The notes beneath the pieces were generated by a model that saw only the letters and a program-made list of their open reading frames with translations, ran no database searches and was not told the DNA's origin. A stretch of DNA of 63,890 nt, counting the filler, from an uncultured Methanosarcinales archaeon (GTDB taxonomy: Archaea > Nanobdellota > Nanobdellia > Woesearchaeales > CAYSVS01), in assembly GCA_964434475.1 (NCBI GenBank). It is 7 parts of 7 records of this genome, joined end to end, with 100 filler letters (N's around TTAATTAATTAA, not from the genome) between each part and the next. Parts side by side here need not be neighbours in the genome. Positions count along the whole stretch, not along the records: positions 30,886 to 40,272 come from CAYSVS010000050.1; positions 40,373 to 49,607 come from CAYSVS010000051.1; 5 more parts are not named here. The stretch is one strand, 5' to 3'. Positions 37,127-46,882 of the stretch are shown here, one piece after another (position 1 is the stretch's first letter; every line of letters starts with the position of its first letter). A program made the translations under genes and the position numbers.

Positions 37127-38680
37127 ATGATGAAAACAAAAAAAAGAAGGCAAAAGACTGAATCAGAACTATGCGATATCCAATATGTTGAACTTTTTAA
37201 TAACATGAGAAGCGGGGTTTCTGTATATGAAGTAAAGAATAATGGAAAATCTTTCATAATCGCGGATTTTAATAAGGCTGCTGAAATTATCGAGGGAAAA
37301 AAAGCAAATGATGTTATAGGAAAGAACGTTTTGTATGTTTTTCCTGGCGCTAGAAGATCAGGGATATATGATTCTTTCAAAAGAGTGTGGATAACAGGAA
37401 AGCCTGAGCATCATCCTATTTATATGTACAAGGAAGGCAAAAAAGTTTTTTGGCGTGAAAATTATATCTACAAACTTCCTTCTGGTAATATAGTTGAGAT
37501 ATATGATGACATAACTGACAAAAAGCTTGCAGAGGAGGAAAAGGAAAAAATCCTTATAAATCTAAATGAGAGGATAAAAGAATTAAGCTGTTTATACAGG
37601 ATAAATAATATTGCAAGACAAAACATAACTATTCCTGAGTTTCTTGATACTGTTGTTTCGATAATGCCTATTGCGTGGAGATATCCTGAAATAACTGGCT
37701 GCTCTATTGATTTCGAAGGTCATAAATACAAAACATGCAATTTTAGAAAGACTAAATTTGTCAAGGAAGCTGATATTATAGTAAATGATGAAAAAAAGGG
37801 TTTAATAAAAGTATGTTATCTAAAATGTTTTAATAATAAATGTAATAAGAGTTCTTTATTTAACAATGAGGAAAAAAGTCTTATAGATTCTATCGCTAAA
37901 CAGATAGGATTGTTTATCGAAAGGAATAAATCCAGAGAAGAGTTTATACTGACAAATGAGAAACTGAAACAATCAAATGAAGAGCTCAAGGAGCTTGATA
38001 AGGCTAAATCTGATTTCTTGAACATAGTATCTCATGAGTTAAAGACTCCTCTTACTGCAGTATTTGCCCATATGGGTGTTATAGATGATTTTAGCCAGGA
38101 TTTTAACCAGGTGCAGAATTCGAGTTTTGAAGCGATAAAACGTAATGTAAAGAATCTTAAATCATTGATAAACAATATTCTCGAGATATCTAGGATAGAG
38201 GCTGGCAAGTTTGAGCTAAACTTATCCAGACTTAGTATTGAACAAGAGATTAAGCATGTTGTAAATGACTTAAAGGTATTGAACAAGAAAAACCTTGATT
38301 TTGAGTTTAAGATAGACAAGCTTCCAAATATTGTTGCAGATCAAACACGTGTAAGAGAGATATTGATCAACCTGATAGGAAATGCCATAAAGTTTACTCC
38401 GCAAGGAAAGATAACTATAAAATCAATAAAATTCAATAATTATATAAAGACAAGCATAATAGATACAGGCATAGGTGTGCCCTATAAAAAGAAAAAACAA
38501 CTATTTCAAAAGTTTTATCAGGTTGACAGTTCATTGAACAGGAAATATGATGGCACAGGATTAGGGTTGTCAATTACAAAACATCTTGTAGAATTACAAG
38601 GCGGAAAGATAGGCTTTAACAGCAAACTGAAAAAAGGTTCAGAATTTCATTTCACTTTACCTATAAATAGAGGTGGTTAA
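37127..38680 (+). CDS. PAS-domain sensor histidine kinase
   Basis: H-box VSHELKTPL, N-box NLIGNAIKFT, DTGIG, FYQVD, GTGLGL. Confidence 0.95.
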   Translation: MMKTKKRRQKTESELCDIQYVELFNNMRSGVSVYEVKNNGKSFIIADFNKAAEIIEGKKANDVIGKNVLYVFPGARRSGIYDSFKRVWITGKPEHHPIYMYKEGKKVFWRENYIYKLPSGNIVEIYDDITDKKLAEEEKEKILINLNERIKELSCLYRINNIARQNITIPEFLDTVVSIMPIAWRYPEITGCSIDFEGHKYKTCNFRKTKFVKEADIIVNDEKKGLIKVCYLKCFNNKCNKSSLFNNEEKSLIDSIAKQIGLFIERNKSREEFILTNEKLKQSNEELKELDKAKSDFLNIVSHELKTPLTAVFAHMGVIDDFSQDFNQVQNSSFEAIKRNVKNLKSLINNILEISRIEAGKFELNLSRLSIEQEIKHVVNDLKVLNKKNLDFEFKIDKLPNIVADQTRVREILINLIGNAIKFTPQGKITIKSIKFNNYIKTSIIDTGIGVPYKKKKQLFQKFYQVDSSLNRKYDGTGLGLSITKHLVELQGGKIGFNSKLKKGSEFHFTLPINRGG

Positions 38681-39050
38681 AATAAATAAGGTATTGTATG
38701 TTGAGGATAATGAAGATACAGCAGAAGCGGTCAAGATCATGCTTGATAATGCAGGCTTTGAGACAGAGTTGGCATTCTGCGGAAAAGATGCTTTAAGCAA
38801 AGTACGCAAAGCAAAACAGCAGTTTAATCTGATTTTACTTGATATAATGCTTCCAGATATGTCAGGGTGGGATGTTTTCCAAAAGCTTCAGAAACTAAAA
38901 GTAGATCCAAATTATGCGTTCTTAAGCGCTATTCCTGTATCGATAGAACGTATGGAGGAATTAAAGAGATCTGGTGTTTCTGATTATATAACAAAGCCGT
39001 TTGAGAAAGATGATCTCATCAAGAGGGTTAAATATATTCTGCAAAAATGA
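38673..39050 (+). CDS. single-domain response regulator
   Basis: VLYVED, LLDIMLPDMSG, DYITKPF. Confidence 0.95.
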   Translation: MVKINKVLYVEDNEDTAEAVKIMLDNAGFETELAFCGKDALSKVRKAKQQFNLILLDIMLPDMSGWDVFQKLQKLKVDPNYAFLSAIPVSIERMEELKRSGVSDYITKPFEKDDLIKRVKYILQK

Positions 39051-39535
39051 GCTCATTACTTATAATTACTCCTGTTGAAAAACTAGATAAGAAGATTTTG
39101 TCTACTTTGAGATCCTTAGGAAACATACCTGTTGTTTATCTTTCTTTGAACAAGCCTCATGACAATGTAGAGCATTTTCTTAGATCAAACAAGATTAATC
39201 TTAATAAGATGTTTTTCATAGATTGTGTAGCATCAGATCAAAAGAAGGATGATGTTCTACATTTCAAGCCTAATGATATTGAACATATAAGAAAAGCTAT
39301 TAATGCCTATATGAAATATATCAAAGGCAGGAAATTTTTGATAATAGATGCATTGACAACATTATTGATCTACAATGATGAGAACAAAGTTATAAAGTTC
39401 GCAAAAAGAATATCTGAATTTGCAGCAAGAGAAGACATAGAGGTTATTGCTTTATCATCTAAATCCACTACTAGTGATGCGTTGTTCAACAAGATATACA
39501 ATTTTTTTGATGAAGTAAAGAAGGTAAGAAAATGA
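39047..39535 (+). CDS. degenerate KaiC/RecA-like protein lacking Walker A
   Basis: VYLSLNKP, FFIDCV, FLIIDALTTLLIYN, FFDEV. Confidence 0.7.
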   Translation: MSSLLIITPVEKLDKKILSTLRSLGNIPVVYLSLNKPHDNVEHFLRSNKINLNKMFFIDCVASDQKKDDVLHFKPNDIEHIRKAINAYMKYIKGRKFLIIDALTTLLIYNDENKVIKFAKRISEFAAREDIEVIALSSKSTTSDALFNKIYNFFDEVKKVRK

Positions 39536-40104
39536 AAAATATATGTATTTTGTTCATCATATTAATATTGTCATGTAACTTTGCTATAGCTGATAAAACA
39601 TTTGATATAGAGGTTGAAGTTCCAAAAACATATGAAATAGTAAAGCCAGGAGAAACTGTTTGGTTTACTACCAAATTAATAAATCTTGCAAATGACAAAA
39701 GAAGCGATGTTACTTTAACATATAATATAATAGATAAGGACAATAACATAATCGCTTCAAAATCTGAGACTGTTGCTGTTGAAACGCAGGCATCTTTTGT
39801 AAGCAACATAAAGCTTCCTGAAAATGTTGAACAAGGAACGTTCATGATAAGAGCAACATCTGACCCTTTAGATTCTAAATTTGGAACCTCTCATTCAGAG
39901 ATTAATTTTGATGTTTTATATGGTGCTGAAAAGCAGTTTAATCTTTATAACGAACTAAAAAAAGATTTTTTTTATGGGCTGACTGCTCTTATTATCATTT
40001 TTTTTGGTTTCATGATATTTAAGAAGACAAAGATATATCTTGACAAGAAAGCTATACAGCTTAAGGTAAAGCATATCATAAAGAGACGCGGAATGTTGAA
40101 ATAA
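39532..40104 (+). CDS. secreted Ig-like protein with a C-terminal TM
   Basis: Signal peptide; V.PGE.V.F..KL.N, ETVAVET..SF...LP....G. Confidence 0.7.
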   Translation: MKNICILFIILILSCNFAIADKTFDIEVEVPKTYEIVKPGETVWFTTKLINLANDKRSDVTLTYNIIDKDNNIIASKSETVAVETQASFVSNIKLPENVEQGTFMIRATSDPLDSKFGTSHSEINFDVLYGAEKQFNLYNELKKDFFYGLTALIIIFFGFMIFKKTKIYLDKKAIQLKVKHIIKRRGMLK

Positions 40105-40372
40105 TACTATGATTTTTAAGTGTACCTTGCTCTTTTGTGATTATTTATTTATTTATTTATTTATTTAATTTTTAATATCCTTATTAATCTTTAATTATTG
40201 AATTATTCGAGTTTCTTTTCTATTCTATTTCTATATAGAAAACAACTTCATCTGTGCCTGCTTTATAAGAATNNNNNNNNNNNNNNNNNNNNNNNNNNNN
40301 NNNNNNNNNNNNNNNNTTAATTAATTAANNNNNNNNNNNNNNNNNNNNNNNNNNNNNNNNNNNNNNNNNNNN

Positions 40373-40423
40373 CAATATTTAGAGGTTTAGCCAAGGCTAG
40401 AGTTTAAATCTGCACAACTCCAG
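40373..40423. mobile_element. IS-like element end, type A
   Basis: 51 bp reverse complement of 63839-63889. Confidence 0.8.
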
Positions 40424-40450
40424 TATAGTTACTACTCATAAGTTAATATC

Positions 40451-40578
40451 TATAACGACGCCCTCCCTTAAAAAAAGCTCGCCAACAAAAACTCCTTCGC
40501 CACTTCGTTGCTCGGGCACGTTGCACTCTCGGGCTACGCCCTCGGCGGATTTAACAGGGCCCGATGTTATATTCAATT
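40451..40578 (+). repeat. attC-like junction J1
   Basis: TATAAC-GAC-GCCCT-CCC-TTAAA ... TTTAA-C-AGGGC-CCGAT-GTTATA hairpin. Confidence 0.7.
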
Positions 40579-40664
40579 TTTTGGGCAAAATAGTGGATTG
40601 GGCAAGAAGTCATACTTCCTCTATAGTAGAAACATATTTAAAACAATCAGCTTTCTTCTTAATT

Positions 40665-41393
40665 ATGCAACATTATGAAAGAATGGATCCGCAAGATAAA
40701 GATATACTTTCAATTACTAGACTAGGACATTTTGAAAGATATAAGCTTGCAACCAAATTGATTACACCCAATGCAGTTGTGCTCGATACAGCATGTGGTT
40801 GTGGATATGGAACAGAAATGCTTAGTAGAAAAGTTGCCCATGCAATCGGAATTGATAGGGATACTGATACTATATCATTATGCAAAGAAAGGTACAAAAA
40901 TAATGGAACCATTGATTTTCTTGTCGCTAATGTTGGAGAAATTCCGTTTGATGATTCTTACTTTGATTCTGTTGTAGGTATGGAAATGATTGAGCATATT
41001 GAACATCCAGAAAGGTTTGTTTCTGAAGCCTATCGTGTTTTGAATCAAAATGGTTCCCTTTTAATTTCAACACCCTATGGAGATAATACTCTTCTTTCAA
41101 ATGGAAAACCCTTTAGTCAATATCATATAAAAGAATATACTCAAAAAGAAATGGAAGAGATGTTACAAGATTTTGGATTTGATGTCATTCAGACTTACTG
41201 CCAGTATATCCTTCTTGGAGTACTTATGAAGCTAACAAATAATAGGGTTGAACCTATTAGCAATGTAAAAGCCGGAGGAACTCAATCACTAATGGAGAGA
41301 TTACCTTTCTTTGCTGAAATTTTTTCAAGACACTATCCGTTCTTGAAATCCACATCTAAAAACATGTTTTATCATGTTGTAAAGAGAACTTGA
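40665..41393 (+). CDS. class I SAM-dependent methyltransferase (cassette 1)
   Basis: H.ERY, VLDTACGCGYG, FD.VV..E.IEH, G.L.ISTP, YHIKEY. Confidence 0.92.
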   Translation: MQHYERMDPQDKDILSITRLGHFERYKLATKLITPNAVVLDTACGCGYGTEMLSRKVAHAIGIDRDTDTISLCKERYKNNGTIDFLVANVGEIPFDDSYFDSVVGMEMIEHIEHPERFVSEAYRVLNQNGSLLISTPYGDNTLLSNGKPFSQYHIKEYTQKEMEEMLQDFGFDVIQTYCQYILLGVLMKLTNNRVEPISNVKAGGTQSLMERLPFFAEIFSRHYPFLKSTSKNMFYHVVKRT

Positions 41394-41466
41394 CTTCTTG
41401 CCCCTAATTATTTTTACTTTATGGAACTCCGTTCTCAATATAATTTTGCCCAAAAAAACTTTTCGG

Positions 41467-41532
41467 TCGAAATCCATCGGAACTTCGTAACAGACGGAGA
41501 GCATAACAAGGATCCCGATGTTAGTTTCAATT
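41467..41532 (+). repeat. attC-like junction J2
   Basis: TCGAAATCC..AACTTCGTAAC..TAACAAGGATCCCGATGTTAGTTTCAATT. Confidence 0.7.
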
Positions 41533-41631
41533 TGGATTTTGGCTAATAGTCTAATAGGGCGGGAAGAAAACCGAAAGGTTTATATAGATATTCTTACTTT
41601 TCTTACTTATAAGAATATAAAGGTGAACAAT

Positions 41632-41880
41632 ATGCCATTAGTTGAAATTAAAAGTGCAACAATAACTGAAAAAGGACAGATTGCTATTCCAAAAGATATT
41701 AGAGAAGCAGAAGGATTTAAAAAAGGAACTAAAATTGCTATTTTAGCTTTTGAAGATCATGTTGAATTAAGATCTATGAAACAAATAAATGAAAAAATGG
41801 CTACTGCAGTAGCAAGCGAAAAAGTTTTAGCTAAAGATTGGAATAGCAAAGAGGATGATGAAGCATGGAAGAATTTGTAA
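41632..41880 (+). CDS. AbrB/MazE-family antitoxin (cassette 2)
   Basis: TITEKGQIAIPKDIRE..G...G; C-terminal LAKDWNSKEDDEAWKNL. Confidence 0.9.
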   Translation: MPLVEIKSATITEKGQIAIPKDIREAEGFKKGTKIAILAFEDHVELRSMKQINEKMATAVASEKVLAKDWNSKEDDEAWKNL

Positions 41881-42197
41881 AAGGAGATATAGTTGTTTTA
41901 CCTTTTCCATTTTCAGATTTAAGTAAATCAAAAAAGAGACCTGCTTTAATTGTCTCAAATTTACAAGGAGATGATGTAATACTTTCTCAAATTACAAGTG
42001 AAGCAAGAATAGATGATTATTCTATTACTCTTATTAGTGATGATTTTAAACAAGGAAATTTAAATCTAACTAGTATAATCAGACCAAATCGTTTATTTAC
42101 AGCTGAAAAATCTATAATTTTATATAAAGCAGGGTCTCTTAAAGAATCTAAAATTAAAGAAGTTGAAAAAGAATTAATTAAGATATTTACAAAATAG
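41865..42197 (+). CDS. MazF/PemK-family toxin (cassette 2)
   Basis: KGDIVVLPFPFSDL..SKKRPALIVS...ITS. Confidence 0.93.
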   Translation: MEEFVKGDIVVLPFPFSDLSKSKKRPALIVSNLQGDDVILSQITSEARIDDYSITLISDDFKQGNLNLTSIIRPNRLFTAEKSIILYKAGSLKESKIKEVEKELIKIFTK

Positions 42198-42240
42198 TTT
42201 TCTTCCCGCCCTTAATTCTTTTACTTAATGTACCGCTGAC

Positions 42241-42342
42241 GCTCTTTTAATAAAACGCCCTCTTTCTCGACTCTGCGGACTCAGGTTTCCAGAACTTCGT
42301 AACTGGGAACGAAACTAACAGGGCCCGATGTTATCTGTAATT
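42241..42342 (+). repeat. attC-like junction J3
   Basis: GCCCT/AGGGC pairing; AACTTCGTAAC 42293; TAACAGGGCCCGATGTTAT 42316-42334 identical to 40552-40570. Confidence 0.7.
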
Positions 42343-42389
42343 ACTTAATAAAGAAAACAAATATAAATCAAATAAAACCCCTAACTAAT

Positions 42390-43025
42390 ATGACTGAATG
42401 GAATGAAATTTATTCAAACGGAGCAATCCATAATACTCCTTCAAAAGAATTAACTTCAATAATTGAAATTTTAAGAGAAAACAATTTAGTTCATACCTTA
42501 GATGCAGGTTGTGGAACAGGAAGACATTCTCAATATCTAGCAGAACAAGGTTTTGTCTCTCATGGAATTGACATATCTCCAAAGGCCATTGAAGAAGCAA
42601 AAAATAATTCTCAAGGTTTAGATATTGATTATAAAATTGGCAAATTAATTAATTTACCATACCAAAATAATTCAATGGATTTCATTATTGCAAATCAATC
42701 ATTACAATATGCTTCTAATGAAGATGTGAAAAAATCAGTATCTGAATTAGATAGAGTTTTAAAACCTAAGAAACCAATTTTAATAAGAGTTTCTTCAGAT
42801 AAACATATTTTTAATGGAGCTAAATCCGAAGAAATATATGGATTTTCACACATCGGCTTTTCTATTAAAAAAGGTCTTCCAGTACATTTTTTTTCAGAAA
42901 GCGAATTAAGAAAATATTTTGAAGGATATAGAATAAAAAGATTAGAACACATTTCTCATAAAGTAGATCATGATAAAATTTCAGTTCCATTATCTGAATG
43001 GGTTTTGTTTGCATATAAAAAATGA
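42390..43025 (+). CDS. class I SAM-dependent methyltransferase (cassette 3)
   Basis: LDAGCGTGRH, GIDIS, LPY....D, RVLKP, HFFS..EL. Confidence 0.92.
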   Translation: MTEWNEIYSNGAIHNTPSKELTSIIEILRENNLVHTLDAGCGTGRHSQYLAEQGFVSHGIDISPKAIEEAKNNSQGLDIDYKIGKLINLPYQNNSMDFIIANQSLQYASNEDVKKSVSELDRVLKPKKPILIRVSSDKHIFNGAKSEEIYGFSHIGFSIKKGLPVHFFSESELRKYFEGYRIKRLEHISHKVDHDKISVPLSEWVLFAYKK

Positions 43026-43043
43026 GTTTTCTTTTTTAAGTAA

Positions 43044-43175
43044 CTTCTCCGTTCCTCACTTCGTTGCGGTACTCGACCACGCTGCGCTCTCGCTTCGTTC
43101 GGGACGTTTAACATTGTCTATGCGGTTTATTTCATTACACCCAAATTTCTGAAAACTTTAACTGATGTTGAGGGG
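43044..43175 (+). repeat. degenerate attC-like junction J4
   Basis: CACTTCGTTGC shared with J1; TTTAACAT...TAACTGATGTTGA. Confidence 0.5.
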
Positions 43176-43225
43176 ATTTTTCTTATATCTAAAATCAATA
43201 AAACATAGAAATAAAGAAAAAAAAT

Positions 43226-44251
43226 TTATGGTCTTCCTTCAGGTGTCCCTGATGATGCGCCAGTTATATTTGCTCTTGCTTCGCCTGCTTCTTCTCTGAC
43301 TTCTGCCTCGCTTTCTTCAGCTTCTGGTTCAAGTTCTTCAGCATCCGCTTCTTCTCTACCAGGAACATCAGCAGGTCTCCCTCTAGCTTCATCGGGAATG
43401 GGCAATCCTCTCTCTTCCAAAGCATTAACAGCAGAGTCTCTTCCCATCTGGGATTGTTCTATTGCTCTTTGAATACTGGATTTCGCTTGCTCAGGAACTT
43501 TTTCCAGAACATCTTCCAGAACAGTTATGTGCAATGATGTTGCTTTAGCAACTAATTCATTTACCTTTGAAGGGTCTTTGCCAACCTGTTGCGCAATAGC
43601 AGAAATTTCCTCACCAAATCTTGCATATTTCTCATATTCTTCTGCTGCTTCAGTAGCTTCTTCTTCATCTCCTGCATCCGATGCTTGCTTTGCTTTGTTT
43701 GCTCTGCTTTCTGCAACTCCCATCGCGACCTCAGCAGCTTTTTCAGGATTTTCTCTTGCTAATGCCTTCAAAGCTTCTTGGTTGCCTCGTATTGACCTTT
43801 CCCTTGCAGCAGCAATTTTTTCCCTTGCCTGCTCAGGCACTCTTTCCTGCACTTCATCAAGAACGCTTATATGCTGAGAAGTGGCTGTTGAAACAAGCTC
43901 TGCTAATTTTTCTTTATCTTGCGCTTCTTTTGCTAAAGTTGCAATTTCATTCGCTTCATTTACTTTATTTTCATATTCTTGTGATATATCATCTACAAAT
44001 TCAGGCTTTCCTTTAGCAGCCATTGCCTCTGCTTCAGCTAATCTTTTTTCAGTAAGCCCCAATGCACGCTCTGCTTTTGCTGTTTCTCCGAAAGTAAAAG
44101 CATTCCCAACAGATTCAAATGCTTTTTTTATTCCATAAAATGCGCTGTCTGGCAGAGTTCCAGGATCTGGTAATTCAGCTTGCGCATAAACTAGATTAGA
44201 CAATAAGAAAATCATCAAAAATGACAGGATTATTTTTTTCATTCTTTTCAC
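43226..44251 (-). CDS. secreted helical DUF5667-like protein (cassette 4, reverse orientation)
   Basis: PGTLPDS.FY..K...E; KRL.EA; repeated H..VL..V.E.VPEQA. Confidence 0.8.
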   Translation of the reverse strand: MKRMKKIILSFLMIFLLSNLVYAQAELPDPGTLPDSAFYGIKKAFESVGNAFTFGETAKAERALGLTEKRLAEAEAMAAKGKPEFVDDISQEYENKVNEANEIATLAKEAQDKEKLAELVSTATSQHISVLDEVQERVPEQAREKIAAARERSIRGNQEALKALARENPEKAAEVAMGVAESRANKAKQASDAGDEEEATEAAEEYEKYARFGEEISAIAQQVGKDPSKVNELVAKATSLHITVLEDVLEKVPEQAKSSIQRAIEQSQMGRDSAVNALEERGLPIPDEARGRPADVPGREEADAEELEPEAEESEAEVREEAGEARANITGASSGTPEGRP

Positions 44252-44338
44252 CTCTTTATACTATATATAATAATATTGATAAAGTTCTTTATAAAAATTT
44301 CTGTTTTGAAAATAAGCCCACCACTAACTTTACTCTGC

Positions 44339-44938
44339 TTACGCAGAATTTATCGTTTCAAAAATTTTACAAGCTTCCTCAATATTTTTGTCTTCTATGC
44401 TTATAACTGGGAATGGATAGTTTTTTAGTCTATCTTTAACCCTCATGATGCTTTTCTTTCTCGCATCAGTTAGTTTATTATAGACCTCAAGAAATTTGTC
44501 TTCATTAAGAACGGTATGAATAGATATATTTCTTTCATTGTTCTCGGAATCTACATTAAACTTATGAGTATCAAGATCAAAACAAATTTTTGAGTAATCA
44601 AACCCTCTTATTTCAAGACCCCTATAAACTGCATATAATGATGTTAATCTTTGTTGTCCATCAAGAATAAAATGAGTATAATATCTCATATTTCCTTTTT
44701 CAATCTTTAACTCTGGAATGTCTTTGTAATAATGAGCATAATCTTCTGGGGGTAGCCAAAGAAAAAAACTTCCTATTGGAAATTCTTTATACATACTGTC
44801 CAAAAGTTCAATAACTTTACTTTTTTCCCAAACAAATTCTCTTTGAAATCTTGGAATTTTCCATTCTCCCTTTTTTATTGAAGAGACTACTTCGGGTAAT
44901 GTTACTCCGGGATTAATTTTGATTGTTTTTTCTGCCAT
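44339..44938 (-). pseudogene. DUF262 (GmrSD N-terminal) protein, apparently C-terminally truncated
   Basis: IPRFQREFVW, PIGSFFLW, LDGQQRLT, IFETINS followed by an immediate stop inside the junction hairpin. Confidence 0.75.
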
Positions 44939-44958
44939 GATTATTTTATAACCTCATA

Positions 44959-45204
44959 TCAAGCAATAATCGGTTTATAATGTTTCCCTACCTTAAACTT
45001 AATTTTTGAAACATTCTCTTTTGATAAACTTCCTCCAACATTTACAATTTTTATTTTGAGACCACCTTCTCCTTCTTTAGTATTAATTATTGCTAATTCA
45101 AACTCAATCTCGCCTTTTAGTTTATATCCCTCTTTCAGACCTTTCTCAATTCCTTCAATTGTAGATTTTACATAATCTCCTAATTCTGCACTGTCAATTT
45201 CCAT
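44959..45204 (-). CDS. Trypco2-like small protein
   Basis: EL.DYV..T...I..G......IEFELA.......GGLKI..V..G.......SKIKF.V. Confidence 0.65.
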   Translation of the reverse strand: MEIDSAELGDYVKSTIEGIEKGLKEGYKLKGEIEFELAIINTKEGEGGLKIKIVNVGGSLSKENVSKIKFKVGKHYKPIIA

Positions 45205-45205
45205 T

Positions 45206-46582
45206 TTATTTCCTATCCTCATTAAGCACGTAATACGCTCCTCTATACGAGCCTACTTTTTTGATGTATTTAAATTTTAATAATTCATTTATGTCAGCAA
45301 TCGCTGTTCCAAAAGAGGTATTATTTAGTTCTTCATACTTTTTTGTCTTTATTGACTTGTGTTTTTTCAAAAATTCAATACATTTCTTTTGTCGTTCGTT
45401 TAAATCTGAATATTCTTCAATTGGCTTCTGTTTTCCTTTTTCATTGAATAAAACTATCCTGAAAAATCTCTCATAAATACTAAATTCCGGATCTTTTAAT
45501 CCATGGTCACGCATGGCGTTAATCATACGTGGCACGCCCGAACCTAATCCTTCCACATAACCATAATCTCGTAACAAGCGGTAAATTATTGGATTTCTTC
45601 TAACTGACAATGTTCCAAATAATTCCTTTGGCAGACCAGATGGCAGAGACCCTGGGCTTGTTACTTCAATTCTATTACTAAAAAGATAAATTTGGATGGA
45701 ATCTTTGCTAAAATAATCTCTGTGAGCAACCGCATTAACAATCGCTTCTCTAATAACCTCAAGAGGATATTCAAATTTTTCTTGCCTTTTTGGTTTGTCT
45801 GTTATTTGTATACTTTTGGAGAGATTCTTTTTGACAAATGAGAGAGATTTTTCAATTGAACTTACAGGATCAGATTGAATTAATTGATGAGAAATAATCT
45901 TTACTGGCTCTGTTCCATCAAACTGAGCAAGTTTAATCTCAATTTGTGGAGAAAAATCTTCTGGTTCTTTAGCAAAAAATAATGCAGTAGCATTTTTGAT
46001 TTTCAAACTGCCATTTTTCATAGCTAATTTTGAACTCAAAAGAAAATTTTCTACTGAATTTTGTTTTAGGAAATTTTCTTGATTACGAATTTTCAGATAC
46101 TCATTGATCTTCTCAACATCTAAATCATCAAGTGTGGCATCGCTGGAAATCTCATCAAAACAGAGAATTTGTTTGCTTCTTAGAAAATCTACTAATTGGT
46201 TGCCTTCAAATTTTTTGAGAGTGCTCCCGACCTTAACATAAATAGCCCCTTGGAATGTGTGAAAAGTGCTGTCAATTGCTTTTTGAATAACAACAGCAAT
46301 CACTTTCTTCCCCTCAATAGTATGAAATTGGATGTCTGGAACGAGGGGAGGAGAAACAGCTTGTGCGGATGCTGAGATTTTTTGCTGTAATCTATCAACA
46401 TCTTCTCTCACGCCGATTATAGTCTTCTTTGCATTTACTCCTACAAGAATCATACCGCCTTGAGTATTAGCAAAGCCACTCATCAGCTTTGAGAAATCTT
46501 GCGAACTATGGAAAGATTGCTTTAACTCTACTTCCTGTGTTTCTCCGCTTTCAATTACCTCTAAAAGTTGGTCTGTTTCCAT
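45206..46582 (-). CDS. AlbA_2/Schlafen domain + HATPase_c_4 + wHTH protein
   Basis: GE.Q.VE.K, FANT.GG.I.VGV, YP..V.REAIVNAVAHRDY, SPG.LP, RN..I, E..GSG. Confidence 0.92.
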   Translation of the reverse strand: METDQLLEVIESGETQEVELKQSFHSSQDFSKLMSGFANTQGGMILVGVNAKKTIIGVREDVDRLQQKISASAQAVSPPLVPDIQFHTIEGKKVIAVVIQKAIDSTFHTFQGAIYVKVGSTLKKFEGNQLVDFLRSKQILCFDEISSDATLDDLDVEKINEYLKIRNQENFLKQNSVENFLLSSKLAMKNGSLKIKNATALFFAKEPEDFSPQIEIKLAQFDGTEPVKIISHQLIQSDPVSSIEKSLSFVKKNLSKSIQITDKPKRQEKFEYPLEVIREAIVNAVAHRDYFSKDSIQIYLFSNRIEVTSPGSLPSGLPKELFGTLSVRRNPIIYRLLRDYGYVEGLGSGVPRMINAMRDHGLKDPEFSIYERFFRIVLFNEKGKQKPIEEYSDLNERQKKCIEFLKKHKSIKTKKYEELNNTSFGTAIADINELLKFKYIKKVGSYRGAYYVLNEDRK

Positions 46583-46584
46583 TT

Positions 46585-46702
46585 CTATCAGATACTATTA
46601 ATAATATTTGATAGTAAGTTGATAGTTATTTATAAAGCTTTCTCTTCTGTAAACACAAAAACTATCAAAAAAGATTGATACTAATCGATAATAAACTGAT
46701 AA
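46585..46702. promoter_or_regulatory. candidate operator array of TGATA/TATCA units around the AlbA-gene promoter
   Basis: CTATCA, TTGATAGT x2, ACTATCAA, TTGATACT, TCGATAAT, CTGATAAT, several about 10-11 bp apart. Confidence 0.45.
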
Positions 46703-46882
46703 TAAAAAATAGTGTTTTCTCGCCCCTCTCTTCTTGTTCTTTATGGCTCACTTTGTTCGTTTTTATCGGAACTCCCATTTGACGAAAAGAACTTCCCTCA
46801 GTACTTGTTCTATATTTGTCTCATCTGCTTATTTGAAGGAACTTTGTAAGCAAAAATATTCACGTTAATTTTATATTCTAAG

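Noticed and set aside
40138..40170. (ATTT)n microsatellite after the two-component operon
   Set aside because: Low-complexity, terminator-like sequence in an AT-rich genome; no evidence of function.
40521..41631. N-terminal extensions of ORFs 40521, 41518, 48059 and 48474 in the ORF track
   Set aside because: They run through junction hairpins or promoters; true starts are placed at 40665, 41632, 47912 and 48498.
41481..42337. AACTTCGTAAC / ATGTTA read as loxP- or pdif-type (XerC/D) 28-34 bp sites
   Set aside because: The half-sites are about 25 bp apart instead of 6-8 bp, and sites are in direct rather than alternating orientation. A tyrosine recombinase remains plausible, but not a canonical dif site.
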